Shown here: piece by piece, positions 61,530-64,000 of the stretch
Layout: each line of letters starts with the position of its first letter
How positions within the stretch are numbered: position 1 is the stretch's first letter
Assembly: GCA_963765495.1 (NCBI GenBank)
Contig: CAVXWP010000008.1
Span: 736,001-800,000, forward strand
Reading direction: 5' to 3'
From: Blastocatellia bacterium
Lineage (GTDB): Bacteria > Acidobacteriota > Blastocatellia > UBA7656
DNA length: 64,000 nucleotides
Position numbers and translations under genes: made by a program
The notes under the pieces: model-generated
The model's input: the letters and a program-made list of their open reading frames with translations, nothing else
What the model was told of the DNA's origin: nothing
The model's database searches: none

Positions 61530-62147
61530 TCAGGTTCCCTGTCTCTCTTCCCACTTTTCGACTTCCTGAATCAGGCGATCAAGGCTTACCACGCTCAAGG
61601 CTATAACAAGATAACCGCTTATGGCGCTTTCCCGTACGCGAAAGGCCGTATAAACGACAAGCGCATAGCGGAGCTCTTCTTTCTCTATGACGAGCGACCT
61701 GACCAGTTGCCCAAGAGTCTCCATGTGCAGGCGTGGAACCGAAAAAGAGACTCTCACTTCAAGCAAATTACCGAATACGCCAAGACAGGCATTTAATAAA
61801 ATATTGCCTACCTCGGTCAGCACTTCCCGCGCCGACTCATTCAATCGGCCCGATTGCACCGCTTCATCGGTCAGCACATCTATGAGCTTGACTGCGCCAT
61901 CATAATTGAGCACCAGCAGGGCGTCTCCGGTCAATGGCCCCGTGAAGACCTGATGCACGCTGGCAAGTTCGGCAGGTAAAAATTCAGAGAGCCTGTTCGA
62001 TAATTCACTGACCGGATAGATCGCGACCATTGGCACATCGAGCACTACGCGGTGCCCGGTCAACTCCGAAAGCGAGGCTGCCGTACGAGAAAAGGCTATG
62101 TTGATCAATTCGGTCAAGGCATCATTTTGACGCTCAGTTAGTTCCAT
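61530..62147 (-). CDS. cheC: CheC-family phosphatase
   Basis: Two E-x-x-N motifs (LTELINI, LTEVGNI); FSVP. Confidence 0.88.
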   Translation of the reverse strand: MELTERQNDALTELINIAFSRTAASLSELTGHRVVLDVPMVAIYPVSELSNRLSEFLPAELASVHQVFTGPLTGDALLVLNYDGAVKLIDVLTDEAVQSGRLNESAREVLTEVGNILLNACLGVFGNLLEVRVSFSVPRLHMETLGQLVRSLVIEKEELRYALVVYTAFRVRESAISGYLVIALSVVSLDRLIQEVEKWEERQGT

Positions 62148-62514
62148 CTGCGTCCTCCTGAAGTACCTTGTTCACAATGTTCAACACCTTGTCACCGGTA
62201 AAAGGCTTGTTGATAAAGGCGGCAGCGCCCCCTTCTTCGACCATTTCGCGGGTAGAGCTTTGAATATCGGCGCTCGCAACTATGACGCGCGCGCGCGGGT
62301 CCAGTTCGCGCAGCTTGTTCAGCACGTCTATTCCATACATTCCGCTCATCGTAAGGTCAAGGAAAACCAGATCCGGTCTGTCAAGAAAATAGAGTTCGAG
62401 CGCAATAATTCCCTCTTGCGCCTCGGTGATTTGATGTCCGGCAGGTTCGAGGATTTTTCGCAGTGTCCTGCGCGACATCGCGGAATCGTCCACTACAAGG
62501 ATCTTCGCCATCAT
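62134..62514 (-). CDS. CheY-like single-domain response regulator
   Basis: ILVVDDS, FLDLTM, SAD, INKP. Confidence 0.9.
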   Translation of the reverse strand: MMAKILVVDDSAMSRRTLRKILEPAGHQITEAQEGIIALELYFLDRPDLVFLDLTMSGMYGIDVLNKLRELDPRARVIVASADIQSSTREMVEEGGAAAFINKPFTGDKVLNIVNKVLQEDADGTN

Positions 62515-63554
62515 ATCACCTCAAGGATTGACTCTGCCATTTTATCGAGAGTTACGCTCCTGTCGCTCAAGCCAGCCTCAACTACAGAGAGCGGCATTCC
62601 ATAGACTATACAGGACTGTTCGGCCTCGGTCAGAATAAACCCTCCCTGCGATTTTATCCATGCCGCGCCCTGTTTTCCATCCGATCCCATCCCCGTCATC
62701 ACCACACCTAGAGTACGGCTGGCAAACAGTTCGGCCGCCGACCTGAAAAGCACATCCACCGACGGGCGGTGCGGAGTGTCGAAAGGACGTGCATCCAGAT
62801 GAGCCGTGACCGTGGAGTCCCCCTGACGGAGCATGGTCAGATGGCGTCCGGCAGGCGCAATCAACGCCCTTCCCGCCTCGATCACATCCCCCTGGCGCGC
62901 TTCGCTTACTCTTAGTTGTGACATCTCGTTGAGTTTTTGCGCGTACATTTCGGTATATCCGACAGGCATATGCATAACTATCAGGAGCGGGATTGAAAGA
63001 TCGGCGGGGAGTCGGGGAACCAGATACTTGAGCGCCTGCGGGCCGCCGGTTGATATCCCTAGAACCACGATATCGAAAAGCCCTTTGCGTTCCGGCGCAG
63101 CCGGGGCGGCAATTCTGGGGCCGGGCGCAATCGTAGTCTGCATCCGGGCCATATGAACCTTCGAGGCTGCCTTTACCTTTTCGACCAGTTCGTCGTTTAC
63201 TTCAAATATCTTTTCCGTAGCAAGCGCCGTGGGTTTCTGCACAAAATCGACCGCACCTGCATCAAGCGCATCCAGGGTCAGTTCGCTCCCTTCATTGGCA
63301 ATGCTGACGATAATGATCGGAAGCGGGCGGCGCGACATCTGCTCTCGCACAAAGCCAACCCCGTCCATCACGGGCATTATTAAATCGCAGGTGACGACAT
63401 CCGGGCGCAGTTTTTCAACCATCTCAAGTGCTTCCTCTCCGTCACGCGCTGCGCCCACAACCTCAATGAAAGGGCTGCGAGAAAGCATCTGTTTTATGAC
63501 CTTTCGCACGTATGCCGAATCATCAACAACTAGAACCTTTACCAATTGATCCAT
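62511..63554 (-). CDS. cheB: Chemotaxis methylesterase
   Basis: Receiver domain plus GISTGGP, MHMP, HRPSVD, TGMGSDG catalytic motifs. Confidence 0.96.
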   Translation of the reverse strand: MDQLVKVLVVDDSAYVRKVIKQMLSRSPFIEVVGAARDGEEALEMVEKLRPDVVTCDLIMPVMDGVGFVREQMSRRPLPIIIVSIANEGSELTLDALDAGAVDFVQKPTALATEKIFEVNDELVEKVKAASKVHMARMQTTIAPGPRIAAPAAPERKGLFDIVVLGISTGGPQALKYLVPRLPADLSIPLLIVMHMPVGYTEMYAQKLNEMSQLRVSEARQGDVIEAGRALIAPAGRHLTMLRQGDSTVTAHLDARPFDTPHRPSVDVLFRSAAELFASRTLGVVMTGMGSDGKQGAAWIKSQGGFILTEAEQSCIVYGMPLSVVEAGLSDRSVTLDKMAESILEVI

Positions 63555-63650
63555 AATAATCCTGTAAACCTTGTTAATCGCGGGCTAATTATCTCTCGTT
63601 CATCACCCGTCACGCTTTTCTTCATCTGTACCAAACATACAAGCTCTGAT

Positions 63651-64000
63651 TTAGCTCTTTACATACACAAACGCTCCGCCGATCTCTTGAAATTGAAACG
63701 CCGATGTCAATCTCAGCAATGATTCCGATGCGGCGACAAACAGGTATCCCGGCCGGGGCATACGGTCGGCAAAAAATCTTACGGCCCTTTGTATCGTGTC
63801 ATCTGAGAAATAGATAAACACATTACGGCAGAAGATGAACGGCGCGGTCGCAAAACTCCTGATTTCGGATTCTTCCATCAAATTGGCATTCGCCCATCTG
63901 ATCTTTGCATGCAGATCAGGCGCGACTCGCCACTTCCCCTGCTCCTCGGTGAAGTATTTTTCGCGCAGGTTTTGCGGAAGATTTCTGAACGAGCGGTCAC
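63651..64000 (-). CDS. cheR: Chemotaxis methyltransferase, C-terminal part (runs off the window)
   Basis: Frame is open to the edge: ...RSFRNLP...KYF...ANL...IFCRNVFIYF...GYLFVAASESL. Confidence 0.92.
   Translation of the reverse strand, partial: DRSFRNLPQNLREKYFTEEQGKWRVAPDLHAKIRWANANLMEESEIRSFATAPFIFCRNVFIYFSDDTIQRAVRFFADRMPRPGYLFVAASESLLRLTSAFQFQEIGGAFVYVKS

Overview
Mostly housekeeping and accessory genes from what looks like an Acidobacteriota genome, probably Blastocatellia-like. That call is inferred from the Oar-type TonB-dependent receptor, tandem secreted VWA proteins and gene style, not from a marker gene. Recognisable blocks: cdaA-cdaR-glmM (c-di-AMP); msbA-yicC-gmk-rpoZ-coaBC; divergent arsC/arsR; pduO-accD-folC-NUDIX-plsC; hom-lysC; ppx; ihfA-merR-tRNA-Pro(GGG)-surE-pcm-dedA; lrp-aminotransferase-phzF-dinB-pdxS-pdxT; msrA; a TreS-like GH13; a hexaheme cytochrome c converging on an amidohydrolase pair; and the end of a cheR-cheB-cheY-cheC-hybrid kinase cluster. 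No transposase, integrase, CRISPR array or rRNA was seen. The most unusual signal is non-coding. (1) A modular, nested family of palindromic elements occurs four times, with one inner palindrome carried by two different sets of terminal inverted repeats. One copy has a clean 10-bp target-site duplication inside another palindrome, and one copy is a chimera of the two end types. (2) Inverted pairs of tandem heptamer arrays of four different sequences start at stop codons. In two operons they fill almost the whole gap up to a start codon with no Shine-Dalgarno. Also seen: sigma54-type promoters in front of small orphan ORFs (one is absent from the ORF track) and an in-frame internal start in lysC (beta subunit). 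Many start codons below were moved from the ORF-track start using RBS or homology judgement.
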